Positions 30,674-40,384 of a DNA stretch of 64,000 bases are shown here, one piece after another (the first letter of the stretch is position 1; every line of letters begins with the position of its first letter). The position numbers and the translations under genes are program-made. This DNA comes from Methanobacteriota archaeon (GTDB lineage Archaea > Thermoplasmatota > Poseidoniia > Poseidoniales > Poseidoniaceae). The stretch lies in contig JABJMO010000064.1 in NCBI GenBank assembly GCA_018659375.1, positions 3,876 through 67,875 on the forward strand, written 5' to 3'. Below the pieces are notes generated by a model that had not been told where the DNA came from, made no database searches, and saw nothing but the letters and a program-made list of their open reading frames with translations.

Positions 30674-31561
30674 ATGTCGATTAAGACCGTGACCGTTATT
30701 GGCGCTGGAACAATGGGTGCTGGTATTGCCCAGGTTTGTGCTCAAAGTGGATGGCAAACTAACCTCTTTGATGCATTTCCGGAGGGCTTAGAAAAGGGCA
30801 TGAAAACTATAGATTCATTTTGGCAAAAGGGGATTGCAAGAGGGAAAACAACCCAGCAACAAAAACAAGATTGGTCAGAAAATATAACTCAATTTACCGA
30901 TATGAAAGCAGCGGTAAGACAAGCTGATTTAGTTATTGAAGCAGTACCAGAGATTCCAAAATTAAAATCTGAAATCTTTGAGCAACTAGGAAAATACACC
31001 AATCAAAGTTGCATACTAGCAACTAACACATCATCTCTCTCAATTGCTGATATAGCTACTGCTTCAGGATGTCCAGAAAGAGTGATTGGTATGCATTTTT
31101 TTAATCCCGTACCAATTATGAAATTGTTGGAGTTAGTTAGACACGATTTGTGTTCACAGAAAACCATTGAAATTGCCCAACAAGCTGGTATGCAAATGAA
31201 TAAAACCACAATTTTAGTAAATAACATCCCAGGCTTCGCTACCTCAAGATTAGGAGTTGTGTTAGGAAATGAGGCCATTCGAATGCTTGCAGATGGAGTT
31301 GCAAGCGCAAAAGATATCGATACAGCAATGGTGCTAGGTTACAAACACCCGATGGGCCCGTTGGCTCTAACTGATTTAGTTGGATTGGATGTTAGGAGAG
31401 ATATTCTAAGAAATCTACAAAAATCATTTGATGATGATTCATATGCTCCTCACCCATTAATGGAAAAATTAGTTGCCTCTGGTCGCCTTGGCAAAAAGAC
31501 TGGCAAGGGGATTTATGATTGGTCTTCTGGTGAAGCAGAAGAGTGCCAACTTCCAAAGTGA
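30674..31561 (+). CDS. 3-hydroxyacyl-CoA dehydrogenase (PaaH/Hbd-like)
   Basis: GAGTMGAGIAQ, IEAVPE, TNTSSL, GMHFFNP, HPMGPL.L.D.VGLD, G.KTG.G.Y. Confidence 0.92.
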   Translation: MSIKTVTVIGAGTMGAGIAQVCAQSGWQTNLFDAFPEGLEKGMKTIDSFWQKGIARGKTTQQQKQDWSENITQFTDMKAAVRQADLVIEAVPEIPKLKSEIFEQLGKYTNQSCILATNTSSLSIADIATASGCPERVIGMHFFNPVPIMKLLELVRHDLCSQKTIEIAQQAGMQMNKTTILVNNIPGFATSRLGVVLGNEAIRMLADGVASAKDIDTAMVLGYKHPMGPLALTDLVGLDVRRDILRNLQKSFDDDSYAPHPLMEKLVASGRLGKKTGKGIYDWSSGEAEECQLPK

Positions 31562-32344
31562 TTACTCAAAGTTTGGTTTACGCTTTTCAATAAATGCCGT
31601 TACGCCTTCTTTGAAGGCATCAGTAGTTCCAGCTGCTTCAATCAATGTACGTTCATGTTTTAGATGAATCTCGAAATCTTGCACAGACTGAACATCGAGT
31701 AGATGCTTAGTTGCCTCTTTGGTATGATTACCCCACTGGGACCATTTGAGTGCAAGTTCTAGCGCAGAATCAAGCAGAGAATCTTGTTCGACAATAGTAT
31801 CAATTGCCCCTACTTGATTGGCTTTTTCTGCTGACCAAATTTCGTTTTCAAAGAAAAATCGTCTTGCGGTTTGGTCGCCGACCAAACGAGGCAGCAACCA
31901 AGTTGTCCCTCCATCAGGCGAAAGTCCCATACCAGAGTACGAAGCAGCCATCTTGGCACTAGGTGAGCCAATTCGCACATCACATGCCAAAGCTAGACCA
32001 AGTCCGCCCCCTGCACATGCACCGTTGAGAGCAGCCACACAAATGGTAGGTGATTGGCGCATTCGTACAAGTAAGGGATGGAGCACTCCAGTAAGATCTC
32101 GAATTAATTGAGGAGCATCCCCGTCTTCAATTGCCTTAGCAAATGCGTTGATATCTGCACCAGCAGAGAAAAATTTGCCCTCACCGGTTAGTACCATTGC
32201 CCGAACGCTTGTGTTGGTTAACCCGTCATCTATCGCTTTGGCGATTTCAGGCAAAAACGTTCTTGAAAATGATTGTGTTGCTGACTGGCCAGAAAACCGA
32301 ATCAAGCGAACTCCATGACCCATATCGCTGAATGAAACACTCAT
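31562..32344 (-). CDS. Enoyl-CoA hydratase/isomerase (PaaG-like)
   Basis: FSAGAD, NGACAGGGLGLALACD, GLSPDGGTTWLLPRLVG (Asp-type motif as in PaaG). Confidence 0.85.
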   Translation of the reverse strand: MSVSFSDMGHGVRLIRFSGQSATQSFSRTFLPEIAKAIDDGLTNTSVRAMVLTGEGKFFSAGADINAFAKAIEDGDAPQLIRDLTGVLHPLLVRMRQSPTICVAALNGACAGGGLGLALACDVRIGSPSAKMAASYSGMGLSPDGGTTWLLPRLVGDQTARRFFFENEIWSAEKANQVGAIDTIVEQDSLLDSALELALKWSQWGNHTKEATKHLLDVQSVQDFEIHLKHERTLIEAAGTTDAFKEGVTAFIEKRKPNFE

Positions 32345-32353
32345 TTTGACACC

Positions 32354-33790
32354 TCACAATTTGATATTGACGTTCTTGACCTTGGTGTAAAATCTTAGAG
32401 CGTCCTTACTTTGCTCTATACCAATACCAGATTTCTTCCATCCAGTAAACGCAGTTTGGGGGAAGGTAATTGGGTATTCATTAATTGAAATCATTCCTGA
32501 TTCTAAATCTCTAGCGAGTTTATGAGCTCGGCTTAGATTGTTGGTCCAAATCCCATTTAGTAAACCAAAATCAGAATGATTGGCAAGTTCTAATGCCTCT
32601 GCTTCTGTCGAAAATTTAGTCACAGACAGAACTGGGCCAAATAATTCATCATTGAATAATGAGTTATCCGCTTCGATTCCAGTAACAACGGTTGCTTCCA
32701 TAAAAGCACCTTCTCCATCTACTGCATTACCACCACAAACAACCTTGCCGCCTTGTGAGAGGCCTAAAGCTAATTTTTCTAGCACTTCACTCCTATGGCT
32801 AGTGTGTACTAGGCTGCCGATACGCACCCCTTCAGCCATTCCTGGCCCGACTTTCCATTTACTTACTTCAGCAACGACCGCATCTACTAATTCATCGTGA
32901 ACCTCTTCATGGACAATCAATCTAGAACCTGCCCAGCACATTTGTCCAGCATTCATGAAAATACCAAAACAAATCGCTTTAGCGGCATATTTTAAATTCG
33001 CATCTGGGAATACAATATTGGCCCCCTTGCCTCCAAGTTCAAGAGTAACTGGTGTCAGATTATCACTAGCTTTTGCCATTACAGTTCTACCTGTTGGCAC
33101 ACCTCCAGTCAGTACCACTCCATCCACGCCTGGGTGACCTGCAAGAGCATCACCAATCAAACCTCCAGAACCGGTTATTACTTGCAAAACCCCATTTGGC
33201 AGGCCTACATCTGCTTCTTCCATTTTCTTCATCCATGCTAACAGAGAAAGTGGAGTCCATGATGCAGGCTTAGCGATTACCGTACAGCCTGAGGCTAATG
33301 CTGGAGCTATGGAACGAAGAGCTAGTTGGAGAGGGAAATTCCACGGGACAATGTGTGCGGTCACCCCAAGTGGTTGGCGTAGTGTGTAATTTAGACGATT
33401 ACCCGGAACTGGTATTGTTGAGCCTTCAATTTTGTCTGAAAGACCTGCGAAGTACTCTAATGTCCATGCACCATATCTTATCTCTGATAGGGCTTCACGA
33501 AAGGTTTTCCCATTATTTTCAGATTCTATTTTGGCTAATTCTTTTGCTGCACCATATGTAGCTGCTGCCATTTTATTTAGAATTCTACCTCGTTGTGCTG
33601 GATCTATGTTCTTCCATTGAGAACTAACTAAAGCATCCCTAGATGCTGAAACACAACGGTTTACATCATTTAATGACGCTTTTGGAACCCGTGTAATGGT
33701 TTCACCTGTTGCGGGGTTTATTGCTTCGCTATAATCGCCATTTTCAGAACTAGTCCATTCGCCTGCGATGTACATCTCTTCTTCGCTCAT
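32354..33790 (-). CDS. NAD(P)-dependent aldehyde dehydrogenase
   Basis: PWNFP, LELGGK, GQMC (catalytic Cys), ELFGPV, G.K.SG.G. Confidence 0.93.
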   Translation of the reverse strand: MSEEEMYIAGEWTSSENGDYSEAINPATGETITRVPKASLNDVNRCVSASRDALVSSQWKNIDPAQRGRILNKMAAATYGAAKELAKIESENNGKTFREALSEIRYGAWTLEYFAGLSDKIEGSTIPVPGNRLNYTLRQPLGVTAHIVPWNFPLQLALRSIAPALASGCTVIAKPASWTPLSLLAWMKKMEEADVGLPNGVLQVITGSGGLIGDALAGHPGVDGVVLTGGVPTGRTVMAKASDNLTPVTLELGGKGANIVFPDANLKYAAKAICFGIFMNAGQMCWAGSRLIVHEEVHDELVDAVVAEVSKWKVGPGMAEGVRIGSLVHTSHRSEVLEKLALGLSQGGKVVCGGNAVDGEGAFMEATVVTGIEADNSLFNDELFGPVLSVTKFSTEAEALELANHSDFGLLNGIWTNNLSRAHKLARDLESGMISINEYPITFPQTAFTGWKKSGIGIEQSKDALRFYTKVKNVNIKL

Positions 33791-33906
33791 AAACCGTCCA
33801 TGAAGTGACCGTTCAAAGGTGTTCGCCTCACAATCAAGATTAGCAATTCGCCCATATCTGAGTTTTTCCATGATAAGTATATTTGACAGATTGTCCTACA
33901 AGACAC

Positions 33907-34575
33907 ATGGCTGAAACAATCGGTCTTGCTGATGCCACGGCCAGAGCGATTGCGAGCCGACCACCAAGACTGTTGATTATCGCCGGCGCAACTGGAACTG
34001 GAAAATCCACTGTTGCAATGAAAATTGCCGCCAAAAGTAACTTTGCAAGACTTCTCTCAACAGATGCTATCCGAGAAATAATTCGAACATATGACGTCGA
34101 TGCTAACAACTTAGCTTTGCATCGCTCCTCTTTCTCAACCGGCGAAGCAAATGACCCTGTTCTTGATTGGCTGGATACTTGCCAAGCTGTTGAGAATGGC
34201 ATAGAGGCAACAATAAACCGTGCTATGCGCGAAGGTATTGACTTGCTGATAGAAGGTGTACACATCATACCCAGCGATAGATTAATTCGCAATTGGATTG
34301 ATTCCGGAGGAATTGCAGTTGGGATTATTATGGCTGTAAGCGATCAAAATAAACACAGGGCAATGATAAAATCTCGAGATGCTCACTCTTTTCGTAGACC
34401 AGATCGTTACATAGCAAATTTTGACCGAATTAGAAAGATACAGGATGGCCTTATTGAACGCTCCAAAATTTCAGCTTGGCCTGTGTTTGATATTTCGCGA
34501 GTTAGTAGCTACCACGAAAGAATTGAACATTACTTGGATATAGCTTGGAATGAGAAGCAAACTAAGCAGCGATAA
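33907..34575 (+). CDS. 2-phosphoglycerate-kinase-family P-loop kinase (possibly mevalonate-3-phosphate 5-kinase-like)
   Basis: GATGTGKST, STDAIRE, LH.SSF, IEGVHI.P, Y..NF..IR.IQD. Confidence 0.7.
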   Translation: MAETIGLADATARAIASRPPRLLIIAGATGTGKSTVAMKIAAKSNFARLLSTDAIREIIRTYDVDANNLALHRSSFSTGEANDPVLDWLDTCQAVENGIEATINRAMREGIDLLIEGVHIIPSDRLIRNWIDSGGIAVGIIMAVSDQNKHRAMIKSRDAHSFRRPDRYIANFDRIRKIQDGLIERSKISAWPVFDISRVSSYHERIEHYLDIAWNEKQTKQR

Positions 34576-35005
34576 CAAAAGTGAAATCGGTTTCCAAAGT
34601 AGAGGAATCATCTGTGACTCCTAATTCTAATGATATCGATATAGATGATGCGTTAATCAAAGCGGTTGTGATATTCAGTATCTTCACCTCTACACCTCTT
34701 ATCTCTCCATGATGGAGAAGGTCGTCGTGAATACTCTCCATTGCAATATCTGTAGCCTCTAACCGGTCTAAACCGCCATTTATCCACAATTCAGTACGGT
34801 TTTCGGCAAGCGATGGGAGTTCGTTCAACACTTCCTTTGTAGTCTCAATTACTGAATCTGAATTTGCCTCATGGGCAGAGGTTAAGCCTGCAACTTTTAC
34901 ACTAAAAACGGCCATTGACAATAAGGACAGAAGAAGTACTACCCCTGTCGCTAATAGCATTTGAGCTCGATCATCTTTAGTTGTTTGATATACCGTTTGG
35001 CGCAT
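34562..35005 (-). CDS. Pilin-like protein with class III signal peptide
   Basis: KDDRA/QMLLATGVVLLLSLL; TGATG coupling to the upstream gene in the pilus operon. Confidence 0.65.
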   Translation of the reverse strand: MRQTVYQTTKDDRAQMLLATGVVLLLSLLSMAVFSVKVAGLTSAHEANSDSVIETTKEVLNELPSLAENRTELWINGGLDRLEATDIAMESIHDDLLHHGEIRGVEVKILNITTALINASSISISLELGVTDDSSTLETDFTFVIAA

Positions 35006-35445
35006 CAGGCACCACCGCCTATATTCCACAGCGTTAGACTAATTGTCCAAGCATCGGAATTAACTGTAACCAAATGATGAACTGTCACAGTGGGTCCAGA
35101 GGAACTGCCTACAAGCCCGTAAGGGTTTGATGTTGCACTATTTTTAGCAAGCCAACAGTTGGCTTGTTTACCGTTTAGTAGAGCCTCTTGCAGAAGTGTA
35201 CAAGCACCATTAAAATCCGAATCATCAAGTAACTCAACAATCCTATTTTCGCCGTTTATTTCTGCATCTAATCCCAAACCATACTGCAGGACTGATTCAC
35301 CCGCTGCCTCTAAACTTGCATCATGGGCTATAGAGCGAGAATCAGGCACATCAATTCTTATCAAAAATGTCGCCGACATGAAAAATAACCAAAATAACGT
35401 CAGCATTTCAAGAATGTGAATTTGGCCTTCTTCATTACTTTGCAG
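35005..35445 (-). CDS. Pilin-like protein with class III signal peptide (likely CTG start)
   Basis: In-frame extension upstream of ATG 35406 gives (M)QSNEEG/QIHILEMLTLFWLFF; GGAGAGG lies just upstream of CTG 35445. Confidence 0.62.
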   Translation of the reverse strand: MQSNEEGQIHILEMLTLFWLFFMSATFLIRIDVPDSRSIAHDASLEAAGESVLQYGLGLDAEINGENRIVELLDDSDFNGACTLLQEALLNGKQANCWLAKNSATSNPYGLVGSSSGPTVTVHHLVTVNSDAWTISLTLWNIGGGA

Positions 35446-35457
35446 CTAATCCTCTCC

Positions 35458-37071
35458 TCAAATAGACGCAGGCACAAAAGCACCACCTGATGGATTAAGC
35501 CCAACAGTATATATTGATTCAGAAGTAGTGATTACTTGGGCAAATCCATAACTCGAATCACCGATTAGGTCTGGACTGAATACTAATAAATTAAAGGCAA
35601 GTAATGCGGCTACAATCATCATACCTGAGTGTTTGAAACCAGCCGAAAATCTGCCATTTTGCATTAGTCCTGCCATGGAGCCATTACCGATTGCTTGCAT
35701 TGTGACACCATAATAGAACACAGTGACGAAAAAGAGTGGATCTATCGCCCTTATTGTCATGTTCCCAATATTTGCTCCACCAGAATCTCCGCTCCCTTCA
35801 TCACCTGAGTTTGATTTTGCAATCGCTGGAATAAATATCTTACCTAGCAGAGTAATTACCCCTAAGAAAACGAAGTAAGAAGTCCATATAACCGCAATGT
35901 ATGAGCCAATTGCTCTCGTTCGTTCTCCTTCTAAGAATTTGATTTCTCTTGAGTCGTTGGCCGCAGTAACCAGAATGTCAGAGATTTTTCCACCAGCCCT
36001 ATCCGCTTCTGCAATAAGGGTAATAGCACGTTTAACCAAAGGAGTACCAACACGTTCTGAGAATTGTTTTATCACGTCGCTGAATTTTATCCCCCAACTT
36101 AATTGGTCAGACATCTTCTTTACTTCATCATTAAGCGCACCGTACTCTGATTTTACCAATGTCTGTACAGCAACTGTCATAGAAAGACCACCTTTCCAGT
36201 ACTCCGCCATATCTCTTAGGAAATCAGGGAATTTTGCTTCAATTTCATTTTTTCTTGTCTCAACTTTTTCCCAATAGTAAGACGCTGGGTATAGTAGCAA
36301 AAAGAAGGTTAAGCCAAAGAAATTAAGGAAAATCATTGGTCTTAATTCAAGAGGTCCCAATTCTACTTTGGGACCTAACCAGAATGATTTATTGTTCATG
36401 TTAGTTGGTATTCCGTCATAAAAGTCAACAGTCATATCAAATTGTGCTGAACTGATTCTCTTCCCGTCCTCAAGCGAAAATATCGCAATCTCATATCGAG
36501 TATCTGGCTCCATATTGTCGACTTCAATATTACAAACATCACTCGCCTTGCCAGTTTTACCTTCAAAGAAATCAACCAAATTGGCATCGGAATCTCTTAT
36601 AATTACTGTATAGTTTGTCGGAGTTGTTGCTTCAACAGTGCAATCGAGAGATAATGGCTGTTGGATTACTACAGTGCCTTTATTTTGTTCTGGCATTCCA
36701 GGAACATCAAACGTTTTGGCTTTGGAGACGAAATTTACCCATGGGCTTTCTGACCATTCTAGATGGTCGGCGTCATCCTGTAATATTGAACATGATTCAT
36801 TTGCTTGATAAGTTGGTTTGAGGTTGCCACTAAATTCTGCAGAATAATCGTTGCCAAGGTCATCTTGAGCAGTAGCTCCACAAAACACATTGGTGAACAT
36901 TGGCTCGCCATTTGCAGTCGGAATAAATCCAGAATTTGTCACCCACATGATACCCGAAGATAAACCTAAAATTACTGAGAAAAAGATGATGATATACAAT
37001 TTCTTTAGCGTCTTGTCATCTTTAGGAAGATCTAGTTCAACAACTAGTTTTTTCTTTTTCTTCCTAGCCAT
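35458..37071 (-). CDS. Type IV pilus platform protein (TadC/FlaJ, T2SSF domain) with an extra extracellular domain
   Basis: PDFLRDMAE..GGLS..A, EYGAL..EV, WG, GG.ISDIL. Confidence 0.85.
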   Translation of the reverse strand: MARKKKKKLVVELDLPKDDKTLKKLYIIIFFSVILGLSSGIMWVTNSGFIPTANGEPMFTNVFCGATAQDDLGNDYSAEFSGNLKPTYQANESCSILQDDADHLEWSESPWVNFVSKAKTFDVPGMPEQNKGTVVIQQPLSLDCTVEATTPTNYTVIIRDSDANLVDFFEGKTGKASDVCNIEVDNMEPDTRYEIAIFSLEDGKRISSAQFDMTVDFYDGIPTNMNNKSFWLGPKVELGPLELRPMIFLNFFGLTFFLLLYPASYYWEKVETRKNEIEAKFPDFLRDMAEYWKGGLSMTVAVQTLVKSEYGALNDEVKKMSDQLSWGIKFSDVIKQFSERVGTPLVKRAITLIAEADRAGGKISDILVTAANDSREIKFLEGERTRAIGSYIAVIWTSYFVFLGVITLLGKIFIPAIAKSNSGDEGSGDSGGANIGNMTIRAIDPLFFVTVFYYGVTMQAIGNGSMAGLMQNGRFSAGFKHSGMMIVAALLAFNLLVFSPDLIGDSSYGFAQVITTSESIYTVGLNPSGGAFVPASI

Positions 37072-37080
37072 TTTTTCACC

Positions 37081-38100
37081 TCACATTTCTTGATCTTTAC
37101 TGCTCGTATAAACTAATACTGCATATGCCAGATGAATCATTGGGATGAATCCTAGAACGATACCATAAAGCATCCCTTCAGACATCTGAGCACCAGAACC
37201 TGAAACCCAGAACATAATTACCAGCATCACAATAAGGAACAATGGCATTGCTACGGCTACTACAATATATGATTCTGCTAACAAGGCAATTGATTCAAGG
37301 AATTGTTGTAGCCTAGTGCGGTTTTCACGCATGTAATGTTCGGCACGATTAAGGAAATACAATTTGAGATAACCTCCCGAAGATAAGGTTCCAACCATCC
37401 CTTGGAAAAACTCAGTCAACCAAATTGATGCTGCTCTATCAACACTCATCTTAATCGCGGTAATTAAGTCATAACCCAAGAGGGTGACATCTCGGTAAAT
37501 TAATCCGGCGTCTTCTGAAACATCTCCGTAAATGTCTTTATTCATTGCTAATGAACGAAAGATTTTGGCTGGTGTTGCATTTGCTGCAGACATTGCAGCA
37601 GTATATGATGCTGCATATGGTAGGAACTTTTCGATTTGAGAGCCTCGCCTGTCTGCCTCTCTTTTTGCACCGCCTTTGACAAGTAAGAAGCCTGCATATG
37701 GAATGATTGCACCTCCAAGAACTAGAATTAACAATTTTAGTGGCGGAGGGAAGATTCGTGTTGCATAATCTGGACAACCGTTACCTGGTTTAGATTTATC
37801 AATTAATTCTGGTTCCCAGTATTCCCAATCTAAACACGGGTTGATTGTTGCTGGGTCCTGAAGGTTCTCCCAGAAGGCAATCACCCCTATTTCAGGCAAA
37901 TAGAAAATCCCTACAATCCCCCAACATACAACAGCGATAGCTATCGAAGTGAAAATTACTGTTGAAAGATATACTTCAGGCATAATCCCCATGGAGCCTT
38001 TTACCAGATTCTCTGAGAGTGTGGCATCTCTACGGGCGCGTTTTTTCAACACCCTTCCAAGGATTCTATTACAGAATCTTTGCCATGCAGTAAGTTCCAT
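37081..38100 (-). CDS. Type IV pilus platform protein (TadB/FlaJ, T2SSF domain)
   Basis: IEKFLPYA, YGDVS, G.DLITA, SSGG.LK.Y, ESIALLAESY. Confidence 0.85.
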   Translation of the reverse strand: MELTAWQRFCNRILGRVLKKRARRDATLSENLVKGSMGIMPEVYLSTVIFTSIAIAVVCWGIVGIFYLPEIGVIAFWENLQDPATINPCLDWEYWEPELIDKSKPGNGCPDYATRIFPPPLKLLILVLGGAIIPYAGFLLVKGGAKREADRRGSQIEKFLPYAASYTAAMSAANATPAKIFRSLAMNKDIYGDVSEDAGLIYRDVTLLGYDLITAIKMSVDRAASIWLTEFFQGMVGTLSSGGYLKLYFLNRAEHYMRENRTRLQQFLESIALLAESYIVVAVAMPLFLIVMLVIMFWVSGSGAQMSEGMLYGIVLGFIPMIHLAYAVLVYTSSKDQEM

Positions 38101-38115
38101 AATTGTATCCCTCTA

Positions 38116-39648
38116 TCAACGCAGACCGTCAACACGAGCAAGAATCTCATTCGGACGAACGTAGTATTCTGTAACGATTTGAGATACTTGATCTGCTTTT
38201 CTTATATCATTAAGAACCATCCATTCTAGAATTCTTTTCCTAGTTCTTAATTCTCTGCGCATATCATCTTGTGAATAATTTAATTTAATCATTATCTTCT
38301 CTAAGACATATGACTTCCCACTGAAGACGAAGTCGTCTGAAGTAACATCCCATCTAAACACTTCATTGGTGATAACCTCCAATGAATTAGGATCAATACC
38401 GACTATCTCCACAATCTGCTTAGTTCGTCTTACACGCTGGCCGTTAATCCTAGTTTGAATTTGAATACAACACGCTTCAAGAGCCGGTAATAGAACACGG
38501 GGAATATCGATTGGTTTATTTTCAAGACGGTGGACAAGTGAAGGAACAGAGTCTGCGTGCACTGTAGAATAAGCACAGTGACCGGTAGCCATTGCTTGAA
38601 ACAGAACATATGCTTCAGCACCACGAATTTCTCCGACAATGATGTATTCGGGACGCTCTCTCAATGCAGCTTTGAGCAGTTCGAATTCCCCAATCACGCC
38701 TTCGGTAGATTCTCCACCAAAACCTTGCCTTGTTAGACCAGGAACCCAATTAGGTTGAGGTATGTTTACTTCTCTGGTAGATTCAATAGAAACTATTTTC
38801 ATTTGCCAAGGGATAAATATACACATTGCGTTAAGAGTTGTTGTCTTTCCAGAAGCGGTACCTCCGACAAACAGCATTGGAACTTCATTTTGAAACCCTA
38901 TCCAAAGATAAGCTACCATAAGTGACGACATTGTACGGAAAGCAATAATGTCCGCTGGAGAGAAAGGATCTTCTTTGAATCTTCTAATACAGAATGAAGA
39001 ACCCCTAGTGGAGACTTCGTGACCAAGTTTCATGACAATTCGAGAGCCATCCATAAGTGTCGCATCCAGTAGGGGATCCGCAACGGAAATGTGCTTACCG
39101 CACCGTTGTGCTAATTTGATGACATATGATTCTAGTGAGTGGTCATCTGGCCATAGACATGTAGTTTCTACGGATTCAAATTTGCGATGGTAGGCAAAAA
39201 TCGGCACATTGGTTCCGTCACAAGAAATATCTTCGACGTTAGCGTCATTCATCAAAACGTCCATCTCGCCATAGCCGATTAGGTCTCGGCGCAAGTAATA
39301 AAAAATCTTAGATTTGGATTTCTTGTTGATTTTCATGCCGTAAGATTTGATGACCTTATCCATTGCAGTCCTCAGATAAGCTTCTGGGTCAGCATCAATT
39401 TCTTCAATATTAGCAGTTAGAGAACGGATAAATATGTCTAGTATTTCATCACGATACTCCTCTTCTTTCTTGGTCATTGGCGGTTCGATAATTTGGTAAA
39501 TGATATTCAAGGTCTGTTTATCACGGACTACTCTAGCGAACGCGTGCGGAGGCAATACCGGATATTTGTCCAGCTCGTCGTATTGTGCGCGTTGCTGTGC
39601 ACGCTGCCGTTTTCCGCCGCCGCCGCGCTTCCCACGTTTCTTTGCCAT
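38116..39648 (-). CDS. Type IV pilus/secretion assembly ATPase (VirB11/FlaI family)
   Basis: GGTASGKTT, SIESTRE, LRERPEYIIVGEIRG, ATGH..STVHA; start after GGAGGT. Confidence 0.93.
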   Translation of the reverse strand: MAKKRGKRGGGGKRQRAQQRAQYDELDKYPVLPPHAFARVVRDKQTLNIIYQIIEPPMTKKEEEYRDEILDIFIRSLTANIEEIDADPEAYLRTAMDKVIKSYGMKINKKSKSKIFYYLRRDLIGYGEMDVLMNDANVEDISCDGTNVPIFAYHRKFESVETTCLWPDDHSLESYVIKLAQRCGKHISVADPLLDATLMDGSRIVMKLGHEVSTRGSSFCIRRFKEDPFSPADIIAFRTMSSLMVAYLWIGFQNEVPMLFVGGTASGKTTTLNAMCIFIPWQMKIVSIESTREVNIPQPNWVPGLTRQGFGGESTEGVIGEFELLKAALRERPEYIIVGEIRGAEAYVLFQAMATGHCAYSTVHADSVPSLVHRLENKPIDIPRVLLPALEACCIQIQTRINGQRVRRTKQIVEIVGIDPNSLEVITNEVFRWDVTSDDFVFSGKSYVLEKIMIKLNYSQDDMRRELRTRKRILEWMVLNDIRKADQVSQIVTEYYVRPNEILARVDGLR

Positions 39649-39739
39649 ACCATTACCTCCCGCCGATGCATTCAACGACATGCATCGGACAACTATAACA
39701 CTTCGGTGAAAACACTGTATGAAATGGCCGCACTAGTAA

Positions 39740-40312
39740 TTAAATGAGGGTACCAAAATCATTTTTGGCAAGGCCAGTCAACCAACTTTGGGATTGGTAA
39801 GTTAGATCCTCAAGACTACTTTCGTTTTTTATGGTGAAATCAGCCGTATTGATGAGATCCATCAAACCCCAACCTGCCTCGCGTTTTTCACGGATTTCAA
39901 ATTGTGAATAATCGCCATCTTCAGAGCGACCCCGAGATTGAGTTCTAGCGAATCTAATATCTTTCGATGCTACTATTGCCATACTGCTAAAGTTCACTTG
40001 CCACCTGTTCGAGAATATTTCAAACTCTGCTGTGCCGCGCATCCCCTCGATGAGTACTAGTGCGTGGGTTAGAAGTAAACTGTCTACTTCATCTGCAAGG
40101 CGTACTGCTAGAACTTCTTCACCATGTTTAGCTCTTAAATCGGCAGCGACTTCGCCAAATATGTTCGGACTTGGATCAAGGCCTCTTAGGGAAACCTCAG
40201 CTCTTACCATGTCCCCCATCGACCTAACAGGCACGTCTTGATTAGCAATGATCTTAGCGAACTCGCCTTTGCCTGAACCCGGCATCCCGCACACGGCAAC
40301 CACTTTTCCCAT
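39740..40312 (-). CDS. Archaeal nucleotide-kinase-family P-loop protein (UPF0200-like)
   Basis: CGMPGSGKGE, SMGD.VR, IEGMR, RF.R..RGRSED, RE.RE..WG. Confidence 0.8.
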   Translation of the reverse strand: MGKVVAVCGMPGSGKGEFAKIIANQDVPVRSMGDMVRAEVSLRGLDPSPNIFGEVAADLRAKHGEEVLAVRLADEVDSLLLTHALVLIEGMRGTAEFEIFSNRWQVNFSSMAIVASKDIRFARTQSRGRSEDGDYSQFEIREKREAGWGLMDLINTADFTIKNESSLEDLTYQSQSWLTGLAKNDFGTLI

Positions 40313-40384
40313 GGTTGCTGGCGTTGTTGACACTTCATGAAAGTACCTGTTATTCAATATGAATGGTTCCTCATTCACTATGAA

